From NCBI GenBank assembly GCA_003971905.1, contig RSEE01000007.1, forward strand, positions 930,001 to 994,000: a stretch of DNA of 64,000 nt. The letters run 5' to 3'. A model generated the notes under the pieces. That model was not told where the DNA came from, did no database searches, and worked only from the letters and a program-made list of their open reading frames with translations. This DNA is from Moniliella sp. 'wahieum'. Its lineage: Eukaryota. The position numbers and the translations under genes were made by a program. Below, in pieces: positions 37,200 through 50,550 of the stretch (positions within the stretch are counted from its first letter, which is position 1; every line of letters begins with the position of its first letter).

Positions 37200-39600
37200 C
37201 TACTCGGTGGCAAGATCCCCAGAGGCAGAGTGGTTACGAGCCCGGCGCACTCGCGGACTGCGCTGGCCCGATCTGTTTTGCAACGGGGAAGCGTGGGGGG
37301 CGTGAGATTCGGGCCGGGTAGGCTGCTTGGGCGAAGATGGCTGAGGCACAGGAGGAGTCGAACCGGCCCTGCCCAAGGCAGAAGCGATAGGCGCACTGAC
37401 TGAGCCAGGTTGGGCACGGGCACGGGTCAAAGCCTCGTGCAAGCGCGAAACTGCAACGGTCGCACTGGCTGCCGCCGACGTTCCATTCGATGGCGTCCCC
37501 CCCGCCCGCACTTGCACCACGTCCACTGGGTTTGCGTAGATGATGGCCTTGTCGCGTTTTGGTGCTGCTGCCTTGCGGTGCCGGGCACCTTCCCCAACGG
37601 GTCTTGATCCCCACTGGGGTTCGTAATCGAGGGGAGGGTGGAGTTCGAATCCGTTGGGACCGGTGTGGGAACAGGCTCCTGCCTACTTACTTGGCCAGGA
37701 GCCGTGTTGACCGACGATGGACCGCTTGGCTCGGCCGGGGCACTTGTGCCTTGGCGGGTCGCCCGTGTGGGAGAAGGGAACGAGGGATGGCCAGCAACCA
37801 CGTCCGAGTCGGGGTGAAGGAAAGTGCACCTCGAACCGTAGGGACAATGCCCGCCCGTACTGGCGAACGTACGGCAGATTTGCGTTTTGTAGAGGTGGTG
37901 CCGTTCGACCGGCCGGAGTTCGCTCACTCCATGGGCAAACTGACATTTGGAACCGTAGCGACAACTCCCGCGCTCGGCCCATTTACGGCACAGCTCCGTC
38001 TTGTACAGCTCCGTTTTTCGCTGACTGGCAGAGCTGTTGTGTCCACCAGGAGCGTGCGAGGCGCGCCACTTGTTCCGGGAGCTTCGGCCCGACCTGCGGG
38101 CTCATGGGACTGATGCGCGAGATAGGGCCGGGAAAGGACTTGGCCATGGGGCAAGACAGGAGGGAAGGATGCGTTGGCGGAGACTCCCTGCTGGTCTGGG
38201 ACGGGATTGGAGATTGGATCCGGCCGCCTTGGTATGGTGCCCGCCAAATCTCGCATCGAGACAGCCGAGCCGCGGCCCCTCGCGTTCGAGCGGTCGGGCG
38301 TCCCCCTCAGTGTCACGAGGGGGATTCAACGGGACCTGTTCGGTCCACAAGGAAGCGGCCGAAGGTGCTGGGGGCGCGACGCGAAGCGAGGGCCAGGTAC
38401 CACTGCCGGTACCCGAAGAGGGGGGCAAAGTCAATCGTGATAGCACACGAGTTGAGGCAGGAGAAGGAGACATACCGGCACAAAGCGGGCCTGCTGCGCT
38501 TGTGCACGGTAGTCCCCCTGTGGATCCAGCACTGGTCCTGTCCCCAAATTCGGGCCAACAGCACCCGTTGTTGTCTGACGACGCGGCATGCTCATTCGGC
38601 GATCGATGAGGGTTGGGGCGGAGGGAGACAGATCCATTTGCGCCAGACGCATGAGCGCGTCGCTCGCCGCCCCCGAGGGTGGACCCAATCCAATGGCAGG
38701 CAAGCGGCCATAGGAAATGGAAGTGGTTTGTTGAGGAACCAAGGCACTCCGGCTCCGGGTTCGACGCACTTGCCGTTCTGCTGACACGGCGGGCGAACTG
38801 GGCTGGTTGGCATGGGAACTTACGGGCCAAGTAGAGCCGGGCGGATAGGCAGAATGGGGGCGGCTCGTATCTCTGCTCATCCTCGTACCGCGCTCCTGAA
38901 CCAAGGAGGTGGGTAAGGCGTACTCCTGGCTCCCTCGAGTAGAGGAAGTGGACCAGTGGGGGTCGTTCGGGGGGAGCGAGGAGGCGGCTTCGAGTTCACG
39001 GGCAAGCTCAACGTCCAAGACGGGGCCGGGAGGTAGGCGGAATCTAACGTTGAGCCTGGACCAGGGCGGGACGGATGAGAGAGGACCTGCTGGGGTGAAG
39101 GCAGTGCAGAGGCCGGACCAGATTCTAGGTTGGCCCAGTTATGTTGGGGAGAAGGTCCAGGGACCAGTCGGGAGCGAGAGGCGGAGGAAGGATAAGCTGC
39201 GGTAGGACTGACGATTGTGGACTGGTCCCACCTCGTCGGTCTGGAGTGGAAGGCGAGTTCAGGAAAGGATACAATGTGCAGAGTGCAGGGAGTCTTCAGA
39301 GTGGGTGTTTGGCAAATGTGGCAGAGAGGTCATATAGCAGGTGCAGAGGGGAAATGCCGGTCAGGAAAAACCGTTCCATATGCGCTTGTTGAACTCGCAG
39401 GAGTAGCGGGTGCGATTGACTGGATGGGGCTGCGGGTGGGAGAACGTATGGGCGGCTAGCAGCGCGGCCAGGTACTCATCCGCCGCTGGGCTTGGCAGCT
39501 GAGCTAGTTGGGTTCTACCCCAACTCCATGGGGTCGGGATACAAGGCAGAATGGGGATATGCGGGGCCAACGGATGCTGACAGGCACATCAATGGAGCAG
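37200..39600 (-). CDS. Tandem CCCH zinc-finger mRNA-decay protein (TTP/TIS11/Cth1-2/Zfs1 family); both ends approximate
   Basis: Manual translation of ~37810-38020 gives [65 protein letters not shown], i.e. two fingers with YKT lead-ins and the canonical 18-aa linker. Intron ~38404-38475. Confidence 0.85.
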
Positions 39601-42372
39601 CAGAAGAAGCTGCAATGGAGGACAGGCGGACATCAGCGCGGCAGCGATGCTGAAGCAGCGGAGGGGGCTGGAAGCTGGGAGGCCGACACAAACACACACA
39701 GTCCGTTGAAACAGGAAAACAGTGAGGCAGAGGCAAACGGAAAGCAAGTGATTTCATCGGAGGTGGTGTACGATGTGTTCGAATGGGCGCGGAAGCGGAA
39801 GACCCAATGTCGAGGCAGGACACGATGAAATGGTGAGGAGGTACAGGCGCAACAACGATCAAAGATCGATCATCGATCATCGGACAACCCCGTCCCAAGC
39901 GAGCGTCGCAGCAGAGCGATTGATAGTGAAGTGATGGTGAGTTGTTCCCACCCGACATCAAAGAGCAAAAGAGGATATGAAAAAAGGGTTACTCGGTCAG
40001 TACCAAATGCCGGCACTTTTGCCCATAAGAATGTTCTCCTACGGTGAGAGGCGCCATGCACAGGCGGGTCCCATACGCTCGACACACTCCACTAGCAACC
40101 CACTGGGTACCACCGCAGGAGAGGGCACAGCGGATGACACCATCATCGCGCCACCCCCCAACCGCAGCCGTACCCGAAAGCCGATGGGGAGTGGCCCTAG
40201 TCTCCCAGACCCGCCTGGCAGCGCAGCCACCCGCATCAAGCTTCAAGCTTCAAGCTTAAAGGGCACCAACGACCTGAAAAAGAAACATACCTGTGATTGT
40301 GAATGAGACGCGTCGTAGTCAATTAGCCATATGGGAAGCTCTCCGTATGCGCTAGCGCCACCTTTGAGACCGGCTACCCCATGCTCACCATCGTTGTCTA
40401 CAGAGGACGCGGCAGGGAAAGGGGCCGGGGTAGAGAGGGGGGGCGGAAGGCGTGGCGGGTAGTGGGAGCGGTGGAGGGCGGGAGGATCAAAGGCAATGTG
40501 GGGAGGTTGGAACGCCGCTGGGGACTGGAGGTGGGAAGGGGCAGGAGAGGAGGGGTGGGGTTGGCTCGGTACGGTGCAGAGGTCGGGATCATGGCGGAGA
40601 CGGATGAATGCGGAGCTCACGCTGGGATCAACGCGTGGCTGCGTTGGCTAACAAGCAACGGACAGGCAGCAGCAGGAGTGGCAGGTGGAGCGAAGGCGGG
40701 GAGGAGGCGGAGGGGTGGGGGACACAGCCATGGCCGCGCGCTTCCGGGCGCGCTTGCAAGAGGACGGAGGGCGAGGGCAAGGAAGCGGGGGAGAGATGTG
40801 CGGGATGTGCGGCGAGCGGCGGAAGAAGGCGCGAGCACAGGTGACTAGGCTCGTGAGATGGCAGACGGCGACGCGTGTTGGCAGCGGGGCTGCGTGCGGG
40901 GGGGGTGCTGGGCGCGTGGAGCAGCGCGAGGGGATGGATGAGGCGCAAGGGCAGGGCAGCGGGCGGGGACGCAAGTGGTGGAGGGGGCGGTGGGGGAGCA
41001 TCCACGAGGACGGTACGGATACAGGTGGGCACGCCAGCGACGAAGCTGTGGGAGCCAGCGGACGCCAGCAGCGCTCCCGCAGTCCGCGTCAGCACTCAGC
41101 CTCAGCTGCCCAGACCAGCCACGCAAGCTCTCAGCCTCGCCGCCTCAGCCTCCCTCGGGCGCACGGCGTCTGATCGATCCGAGCGTCTGAACAAAACAAA
41201 ACAAACCAAGCCCTGGGGGGCTGGCTGGCCAGGGTGCAGTTCGCGCGGGCTGCTGGTGACTTTGAAGCGCCGTTGCGGACCCCGTCCTTGACCAGTGACA
41301 GACGGGTGCGTGGCACGTAACACGCACCTGTCATGGACCGCCTACCGGCTACCGCTGGGCAGCTGACCGCGTGGGCGCTCGGGCTGCGCTCAGCGCGCTG
41401 AGCTGAGCTGGGTCTACTAGCCAGTACCAGCTGCTGAGACTCGCAGCGCTGAGGGCGCTAAATAGAAGGCGCTGCTCAAGGGCCTTGCGGAGCTTGTAGA
41501 CACATTCCTGAACCTCAAAGGAGGCGTAGTACAGAGGGCCTCTGCCTATCCGCCTTCGTCCTACCGTGTGGCCGGCTGGAGTTGCAGCCACGCGCCACGT
41601 CCGATTCGGGGCCAGAAGCGCCAAGCGTAAAACATACCCGGCAACCGGTAGCCGGTAGCCGCTTACCTTCTGTCTCTCTCTCTGGGTGTGCACGAGACGA
41701 TGTCCGAGTGGAAAAGAGAGCCCCGGAACCGCACGGAGGGACATCGACTTTTGCCGTAGCCGCAGCAATCAACTCGCCCCGAGCTACTGCTGTTGGTACC
41801 ATCAAGCAGTACCGGCTGTTCGTCTGTTGAGCATGGAGCAACACTGCCCACGGCTGACGCCACCGCCCAGGCTGCCCAGAAAAAGCCCTTCAACGAGTGA
41901 TTGAGATCGTTCGAAGGGCCACAGACAATGAGGCCCTTTGGCTTTGTTAGTTGGGATGGAGAAGAGCCCACTCGATCTCTGGCAGGATCTCGCATCTCGT
42001 ACTGCACAATGCCTCATGCGTGCAACAACCGAAAGCATTCGATATTGCGACCGTCTTTTGTGCTGCGAAGATCCAGTCGATTCGATGATCGATGAACGTA
42101 CCGGGCTTTGCAGCGGGTGGGTGTGATGTGATGAATTCGACGATGGAATATGGACTGATGAGGTCTCGACGATCAAGCTGGCCATCGATCAAGTTTTCCC
42201 TTGCCCGCCTCACCACTAAGTACTAACCGTTCATCCGTTCTACGTTATGGATCTGCCGATGGCGGTCGGCAGTCGGCGGCTGACTAGCAGCTAGCTAGCT
42301 TGGCTTTGCGGGGCGTTCACACTGAGCTCACCGTGCTGACAAACTGGGCGGCTACTGTGGACTAAACTAACT

Positions 42373-42726
42373 CATCTACAAATTCATAACGCAGACCCCC
42401 TTTTTACTTTACGTAAAATTACACAAGCATGCCACCTGGCACGTTTCACCCGGCGCGTTCCAGGCGGGCGCAGCCAGGCGGATGCACATCTACAAATTCA
42501 TAACGCAGACCCCCTTTTTACTTTACGTAAAATTACACAAGCATGCCACCTGGCACGTTTCACCCGGCGCGTTCCAGGCGGGCGCAGCCAGGCGGATGCA
42601 CATCTACAAATTCATACAAATTCATAACGCAGACCCCCTTTTTACTTACGTAAAATTACACAAGCATGCCACCTGGCACGTTTCACCCGGCGCGTTCCAG
42701 GCGGGCGCAGCCAGGCGGATGCACAT
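42373..42726 (+). repeat. Three tandem copies of a 114-bp unit
   Basis: The unit CATCTACAAATTCATAACGCAGACCCCCTTTTTAC...GCAGCCAGGCGGATGCA starts at 42373, 42487 and 42601. Copies 1 and 2 read as identical; copy 3 has a 10-bp internal duplication and small indels. Confidence 0.97.
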
Positions 42727-43008
42727 GGGTGATAAAATTCCGCCCGAGGCGTAGTGGTGAATACTATTCCGCTCTCCAGCGTGGAACGGTGGACCGGTGG
42801 CTACGGTGGCGACGGGGGAACGGTGGCTAAGGTGGCGACCAAGCACCCTCCAGCGTGGAACGGTGGACCGGTGGCTAAGGTGGCGATGGGGGGAACGGTG
42901 GCTACGGTGGGGAAGGCGGACCCGGTGGCTAAGATGGCGACGGTGCACCAAGCATCAAGCTGGGGCGAAGCCCCAGCTGACCGGGCCGTAGGCCCGGTGG
43001 TCTTCTAG
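42375..43008 (+). mobile_element. Non-autonomous Helitron-like element
   Basis: 5' A|TC (ATCTAC..). 3' perfect hairpin ACCGGGCC-GTA-GGCCCGGT, 6-nt spacer, then CTAG|T. No TSD. Internal GGTGGC(T/G)A minisatellite. A related copy lies at ~60.6-60.84 kb. Confidence 0.75.
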
Positions 43009-43299
43009 TTGTCTGAAATCTGATCGATCTCTGATCCCTTTTGTCCCATATTCCCCCCATCAGTACTCAATAGCCCTATCTACACCTTCCGCCACGGACG
43101 CTCATAATTATATCTACTTGCAGTATCCTTGCCGCCAATCCTGCCGGCCTCATCATGCCCCCCACACCGCACCACGCGCATGCTCTTCATGAGTATCATT
43201 CTGGTGTCCGGACCTTCATACAATCCCTAATGGTTATTGGGGGCCTGCATGGCCCTGCGGAAAGAAGGCGAAGGGAGACGGGAGATGAGCCCAACAATG

Positions 43300-44325
43300 T
43301 TACTCGCGTTTGAACGCTATCTTCTTGGCCTGGGCACGGTCCATGCCCTTGGCAATCAGCCTGCGCATCTCCTTCTGGTTGGCCCTTGCTTGGTGGTAGG
43401 TGCCCTCGGTGCCCATCATGTAGTCCCACCACCGGAACGAGGAGGCGTAGCAGCCAATAAACGCTTGGTGGTGGTGGTCGTGGTGGTCCGCGCCGGCCCA
43501 GAAGGGAAGAATGTGGCGGAGGCTAAAGGGGAAGTCGTACCCACTGTGCGAGTCAACCGCTTGGAACAGACGGAAGAGAATCCAAATGTACACGGTGATC
43601 AGATGCACTTTGCCCGTCATGTACGCCAGCGCGAGCGGTCCACCAATGGTGCCCATTCCCAACGAGAGCGTCTCGAGTGGGTGCGCGTACTCGGCGGCCA
43701 GACCAAAGGGAGCTGTACGAACACGGGTTAGTAGGGAGGCCTACCGGACACCCATGACCACAGCAGGGAGGGAGCGGACGTACCGGCATATTCATGGTGC
43801 TTCTTGTGAATGTAGCGGTAAAAGGGACCCCAGTGGAACAAGCGGTGAGCCCAGTAGTGCCACGTGTCCTCAATGACGAAGAAGATAGCGATTTGCCAGG
43901 CCATGGTGGTGAGCGCAGGGAACGGGACCTCGTACGTTGCCAAACCGAGGTATTGGCACATGGGGTGGAACCCCCAAATTTGGGGCAGCTCCACCGTAAA
44001 GTGGCTAAGGAGCACGTACTTGGTGCACTCCCATTGGTCCCGCCAAGTAGGCACCTTGTCGTCTTGGATCTTGTATTTGCGCAGGGCCGGGATGGCATCA
44101 ATGATGATCCAAGGCACAGAACGACCAAAGTACAAGAGCTCATGGAGGACAAAGCTCATCACTCCGGTCGCAATGATGGGGTTGTCCCACCAGAGGTACC
44201 ATTGCACCCACCCTTCTCAAACATGTGAGGCTGGCATAGTCCACGCCTTGGTACATGGCGGCGCCATGGACGTCAACATGGGGGTTGACGAGTCCCTCAA
44301 ATAAGGTTGTCGCATTGAACGACAT
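43300..44325 (-). CDS. ERG25: C-4 methylsterol oxidase
   Basis: [22 protein letters not shown] plus the His boxes [18 protein letters not shown] and HHDHHH, and [11 protein letters not shown]. Intron ~43713-43783. Confidence 0.94.
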
Positions 44326-45225
44326 GTTGATGACCGATGAAAAAGAAGGTTGTGGAGAAGACTGGGTGGGATGACAAGGTGGGAGACGAGGGGCAAAGTG
44401 GGGCTGTGGACTCTTATACGTCTCTCGCGTTTCTTGCTTGCTTAGCGGATGGATCCAGCCGATGCGCAAACAAGGACAATGCGCGCGTCGGATCTTCGCC
44501 CTGCCAGACCAGCTGAGAGTGGCCACTTGGGCACTGACGCACTGTGCCGTGATGATCTCATTCGCCCCTCTCCGGCTGGGTAAACTACATGGCAAGATGG
44601 TCTGCTCATATAACCTGAGCCGCTCGCGCCTATAGGCCAGAGACACGCTTGGAAGCACCAATGGCGCCGCCATTCTGGGACGACAAAACACACTGGTCCC
44701 AAGCGGGAGGTTGTGCGCCAAACCCTAGCAGCCCTCTCCCGAGCTGTCAATGCATATTGGTTTCAATATTGAAGCTTTGAAATTTTTAAATTTTAGAGGC
44801 GTTCACGCGGTGGCGAACGTGGACACGACCAACTCACATCTTGGGTCCTAAGACCTGAGGGCCTGAGGTCAGGCCTCCCTGATGCCTGAGGCCTCGCAGC
44901 CAGGGCAAAGAACGGCCGCTTGCTAGTTACCCTCCAGGCTCAAACTCTCCGCATCTCCAGGTAGGATTTTTTATTGCAACAGCTGGCCCAGCCAACAAGG
45001 CAGTATGGCACAGAGCTACATGAAAAGGTGGCATGGAGGGGACGACCAAGGGCCAGAGGCCACGGCCAATTTTGTAGGAGTGGAACATGCGCGAGGGCAA
45101 CATGAGGGCAGGGCGGACTGGCGGGTGCACACTGCACCAAACATAGCGGGACAAACAGAGATACAAAGAACCGCCCTTGAAAGAAGACCCAACGGCATCA
45201 TGTTCAAGGCGAACGGGCAAGGCAT

Positions 45226-45703
<478 letters not shown>

Positions 45704-46431
45704 TGTGAGTTATTCTGTTTGGACACAGCCAGTGTCAGCCACGCGGTTCTCATCTTTGGCGCTCGTGGGCGGGGGCGCATGCAGGTACCAGTCCCCGAAC
45801 GGAGATCCAAACACGCACCTTGAGTTGGTTGGCTGTCGACGGATGGAAAGCAGGGGGCGAACGGGAGGGCCAAGCCGCCGCAGCGTACAGACAGCTGGGC
45901 GGAGTAGGGTTTGGCATTTGGACCGAAGGCGGCACTGCACAAGTGTATCCGCGCCCTACTGCGGCAGGCAACCAGGGGTAGGGTTGCACTGCGCTGGCTG
46001 GAGCGCGTTGCAGACGAGGGAAGAGTTGAACGTTCAAATTGGATGCACGTCGACGCGCTGACAGGGGATGGAGGATGGGTGCAAGGGGCAATGGCAAGTT
46101 GCAAGTGGAAAGGCGGCGGCAGGGCAGCGGGGGGGCGAGGCAGCGCCGGAGAGGAGAGCACTGCTGCATGCTGGGCGGCTGCCGCCTGGGATCGCCCCGG
46201 CTGGCACGAGGCACCGCCCAGTCTCGACGCACGGCCCAGTCTCCCTCCCGCCCCCCCGCGGCAGAGTGCTGTGGTGCCGCAGCGGGCCCCACGGGCTGCC
46301 AGCAGCAGCCTGCAGCGGCGGAGGGCGAGCGTCGCTGAGCAGCCCAGCCTTGCCCAGCGTCCTGAACGCTCGACCCACGCTCAGCTCCACTCCGCCGTTG
46401 CCACACCACCACCACCACCTCCACCACTGCC

Positions 46432-47410
46432 ATGGACGCCTGGAAGTCGTTTACCACCTCCCTCTCTGGCGCCGCTGCCACGGCCGCTGCCAGCGCTGCG
46501 CCCGTCGGCTCGCGTCTCAGCAAGCAGCTGGGCCACCTGTCCCAGCAGGCTCGCGAGCGCCTGGGCGCGGTCGACGATGTACGGAGCTGCCGGCTGAGTA
46601 CCGTGCGCTGGAGGCGCGCGTCGATGGCCTGCGCACGGCCCACGCCGCTGTCGCCGTGTGGTCAAGGTGTACGAGAGAGAGGCGTACGACTGCCCCGTCA
46701 ACGTCCAAGAGTCGGTCAGCGAAGCGTCGCGCACGCTCGCTACCACTGTCAGTACCTGGGCTGCCCAGGCGCGCGCACGCCAGCTGCCCACCAGTCTGCC
46801 CCCCCTCCCCACCGCACGCTTGCCCATACCCTCTCCCGTGCGGCAGCTAGGCGGCCGTCGACCTTCAGCCAAAGCCGGTGCCGAGACGGAGGAGCCCGAG
46901 GCGGTGCAGGCCTTGGCCTCCGCCCTGCAATCGGTCAGCATTGCCACGAACAGTGTGGGCAATGCACGTCTGGAGCAAGACCATGAGATTATCGCCTCCT
47001 TCTACACGCCCTGGATTGCCTTTGGCAACCAAATTGGCTTGGCCACCAAGGCGCGCCAAGCGGTGGGAGATGCACGGCTGGAGCTGGATGCGGCCAAGCA
47101 GACGCTCAAGTCGCTGGAGACGTCCTTGGCCACCGCCCCAGCCGCCGACCGGCAGGCTTGAGAAGGCCCAGACGGACGTGGAAAATGCAGAGGATGCGCT
47201 GGTGGCCGCAACGGAGGATGCGATTGGGCTGATGAAAAATGTGCTGGAGAACCCCGAGCCGGTGCGGATGCTCGGCGTGCTGGTTCAAGTGTATGTTGCC
47301 TCTTGTTCCTCGATGCGAAACTGACCTTCCCCCACAGGCAAGCCGAGTTCCATCGCAAAGCGGCAGAAGCGCTCGAGACGGCCTTGGCCCAGGTCTCGGC
47401 AATTCATTAA
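46432..47410 (+). CDS. GVP36: BAR-domain protein, Gvp36-like
   Basis: ARERLGAVDDV/TELPAEYRALEARVDGLR, VYEREAYDCP..QES, VGNARLEQDHEI, ARLELDAAK and ENAEDALVAATEDAIGLMKNVLENPEP segments. Intron ~47291-47337. Frameshifted. Confidence 0.75.
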
Positions 47411-48014
47411 GATACCTCCCCTTCCCTTTCCCGCCAAGTTGGTGGGTGTGTTGCCAATGGTGTTGCCCCTCCCCCCCCCCCCCCCCCCCTCACCACACTC
47501 CGCCTGAGGTCCAGTTCGGCATTCATTGTTCCTCTGTGTTGGTCTCTGTGCACGCGACGCTCCCAGACGTGTCCTGATGAACCCTGAATTTATGTGTAGT
47601 CTCTTGTGTGTGAGCGGCTGAGACCAATGTTGTACCGAGATAGGGGGGACGATATTGGACCGGACACGAGAAGCCTCCAAACGGGAGGGAGGAGAACAAC
47701 AGATCGATTCATCTGAGGGTGCAGCTGGGCCACCACGTCCTCCGGGGAAAGAAAAAAATTAGACGTCCAAACAACATAACTAGTCGGTGAGCACCTCGTC
47801 CTACGTGCGTGAACGGTGGCCGGTGCCGGTTGAACTTCAACGTTGTGATGCTACTTTTGTTGCCGTTGGTTTGCCGCTCCTTCACAGGATGTCACCTTAG
47901 TCTGGAGTCACTCTCCTGAGATCTGAGATGGGGGACTGTTTATGGGGCTGTACAAGGGTTGCAGCAAACAGAAGGATAGATTGTCGTATGCACAAAAGGG
48001 TACTAAGTAGGTTT

Positions 48015-50290
48015 CTACCCCAAACGTGCATGGGGTGGCAGGGGGTCTTCGATCTGCTCCTGCGGAAGTTTCTCAACAAACGCCTTGACGCACTTGACCA
48101 TCGTCGGGGACGCGCGGCTGATTGGGTCGGTCTGGTAAAAGTTCTTGATCGGGTTGACCAAGGGCACACCCGTTGCTTCCGCCAGATTCCCGCCGGCAAT
48201 CAGCTGGTCCAAGCCCAGAAGCGCCGTGGCGGGACTGGTGGGCTCCGCTACATCGTACCGCACCAGCGTGGGAGATGTCAAACAGCCGGTCACGCAGCTC
48301 CAAGGTACTGTCGTACGGCAAGGTCACACCCAACACCTCCGACAAGGCACGAACAATCTTCCAGTCCTCCCGGCTCGCTCCGGGCGGAGGCACGGCAGCA
48401 CGGGTAAGCTGAGTCCGGCCCTCGGTGTTAACATACGTCACACTCTTCTCTGTGTACGCTGCGCCTGGCAACACCACATCGGCATACTGCGCACCCACAT
48501 CACCGTGGTGTCCTTGGTACACCACGAAGGCTTCCTCGGGAATCGAGGCAGGGTCAAAGTCGTCGGCGTTGAGAAGGTAAATGAATTTGGGCTCCGTCTT
48601 CTCGGCCGCCTTGGAGGGTGCAAAGCCAAGCTCATTCGCTCCGTTGCGAGAGGCCGTGCGTTGCAGAATGCTGAGCCCGTTCCACTCGGGCGTGAGGAAC
48701 TGGGCCTGGTGTTGCTTGACGTGATTGGCAATGCCACTGATAATGTGTTTGCCATCCGCATTTTCCAGGACCGCGCTCCCACAATAATCATCGGTTTCTT
48801 GGCCGCTTGGAACTTTTGCGCAAACTCCGAGGAACCAGTCAGGGCTTCCTGCAACGCCGTGGCGTCCGTACCCAGATGAGCATAGTCGTACGTCAAGTCT
48901 TCCGGTTCACACCAGCCAGCCCAGATCCTGTCCCAGACGAAGGAATGCCTTGCGCAGACGAGCATTTACCAGCGTCCCCTCGTGCCGCGGGCTGGTGCCG
49001 ATCAGCAAAACCACTCTGCATCTTCGATCCCAGCAATCCCAGCGTTGAACGAGTAGTTGGAGCGAATGTCGACACCATTGATGCTGGTCTTGTCGCCGCA
49101 GGCAAGTCAATGGTAGTGTTGTCTGAACCCAGCCGGTTGATCAGGTCCTTGAGGGCGGCGAGCGATTCGGTGTCGGCCAACGCCCGCTACCGCCTTGATT
49201 CGTTCCCTTGGGCTTGGGTCGAGATCAGCCCGGCAGCAATCGACGCCAGTGCGCGGGCCAAGTAGCGGGCACGAACCGATCGCCCTGTTGATGAGGGGGG
49301 CCGTGAGGCGCTGGTACTTGAGACCGTCGACGGCAAAGCGCGTCTTGTCGTTGATCCACTCCTCGTTGACATCGTCGTTGGTACGGGGGAGGACGCGCAT
49401 GACCTGCACGCCCCGCGAGTCTACACGAATGTTGGAGCCAACGGCATCAAGTACATCGATGGACTCGGTTCTTCAGTTCCCACGGACGCGAGTGGAACGC
49501 ACCGGGCTTGCTCGTCAGCGCCCCACAGGGCACAGATCAATCACGTTGCCCGACAGCTCGGAATTGAGCACCTGCTCTACATACATGCCATCTGCAGGTC
49601 GTTCCCACGGCCCGTCGTGCCCATCTCTGCACACCGGCAATCTCGTTGGAGAAGCGCACAGCGAGTGCAATGATGCAACGCGTCATCACCGTCTTGACCA
49701 AGGACCCATGTACTTGTCCTCTACCGCACGCTGCCCTTGACTTCATGGAGCGGCCGCGGTCCGCACCGTAGCGCAACGACTGGTCCTGCAAATCGCACTC
49801 ACCCGCCCCAGTCGCAGATAGGGCAGTCGAGCGGGGGTGGTTGACAGCAGGACTCCATCACGCCTTCCCGCCACGAGTTGACCTTGGCCGAGTGGTGCTG
49901 ATCACTTGCCCCGGCATGGCGGGGAAGGCACACGAGGAAGCGGTTTGGGCGCGCCCTTGCTCTCGACGATGGCACAGCGGCAGTTGCCGCCACGTTGAGG
50001 CGCTCGTGGTAGCAGAAACGCGGATCTGGGCGCCAGCCTGCTCGCAAGCCTGGATCAAAGCCGTGCTGCTATGCAGAGGTCAGCAGGAGGGGGGGGTTAG
50101 AAAACGGGAGGCGGAAGAGGACATACCCGCGGCACCTCGATCTCCTTGCCATCCACCGTGAGCTTGATCATCTTGATGTCGGCGGCGGCGGCGTGGGCGA
50201 CGCGTGCCGAGGTGGCGAGGGCGGCGGCGAGGGCGGGCGCATGGGGGCGCGACACACGCGCCACCAAGCGCAAGCGAGGCGCAGCAGCAT
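48015..50290 (-). CDS. NUO78: NADH:ubiquinone oxidoreductase 75/78-kDa Fe-S subunit (NDUFS1/NuoG); heavily frameshifted in this assembly
   Basis: Fragments [104 protein letters not shown] and [18 protein letters not shown]. Confidence 0.92.
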
Positions 50291-50550
50291 GGAGCGGGGG
50301 TCGATGGCGGCGCAGACAGCGGCGCGGCGGCCGGGGGGGTTGGAGCTGAAGCCAGGCGGGGGAAATTAGTAATGGGCAACCCTAGCGGCTGCCTGCCCGG
50401 CCTGGCCTCTGATCGACAGTCTCCACTTGTATATGAGCAGCACATCACCCATTGGAATGGCTGCTAGGTGTGCTGCGCTGACTGATGCCTGGTACACTAT
50501 GCCTGCGTCCGCTGTGCTCCCCAGCGTCCCTCGCGTGCGCGCCAACGTGC

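Noticed and set aside
42373..42726. Repeat array as a possible CRISPR
   Set aside because: Head-to-tail identical units without unique spacers, eukaryotic context, and no cas genes.
48015..50290. Numerous frameshifts in NUO78 (also in tricalbin, LHS1, SEC4, RPL23, GVP36, ARG1, DHFR), suggesting pseudogenes or programmed frameshifting
   Set aside because: They affect many unrelated essential genes, are mostly single-base losses, and leave the residues otherwise well conserved. This pattern fits uncorrected long-read indel errors. Short-read polishing would test it.
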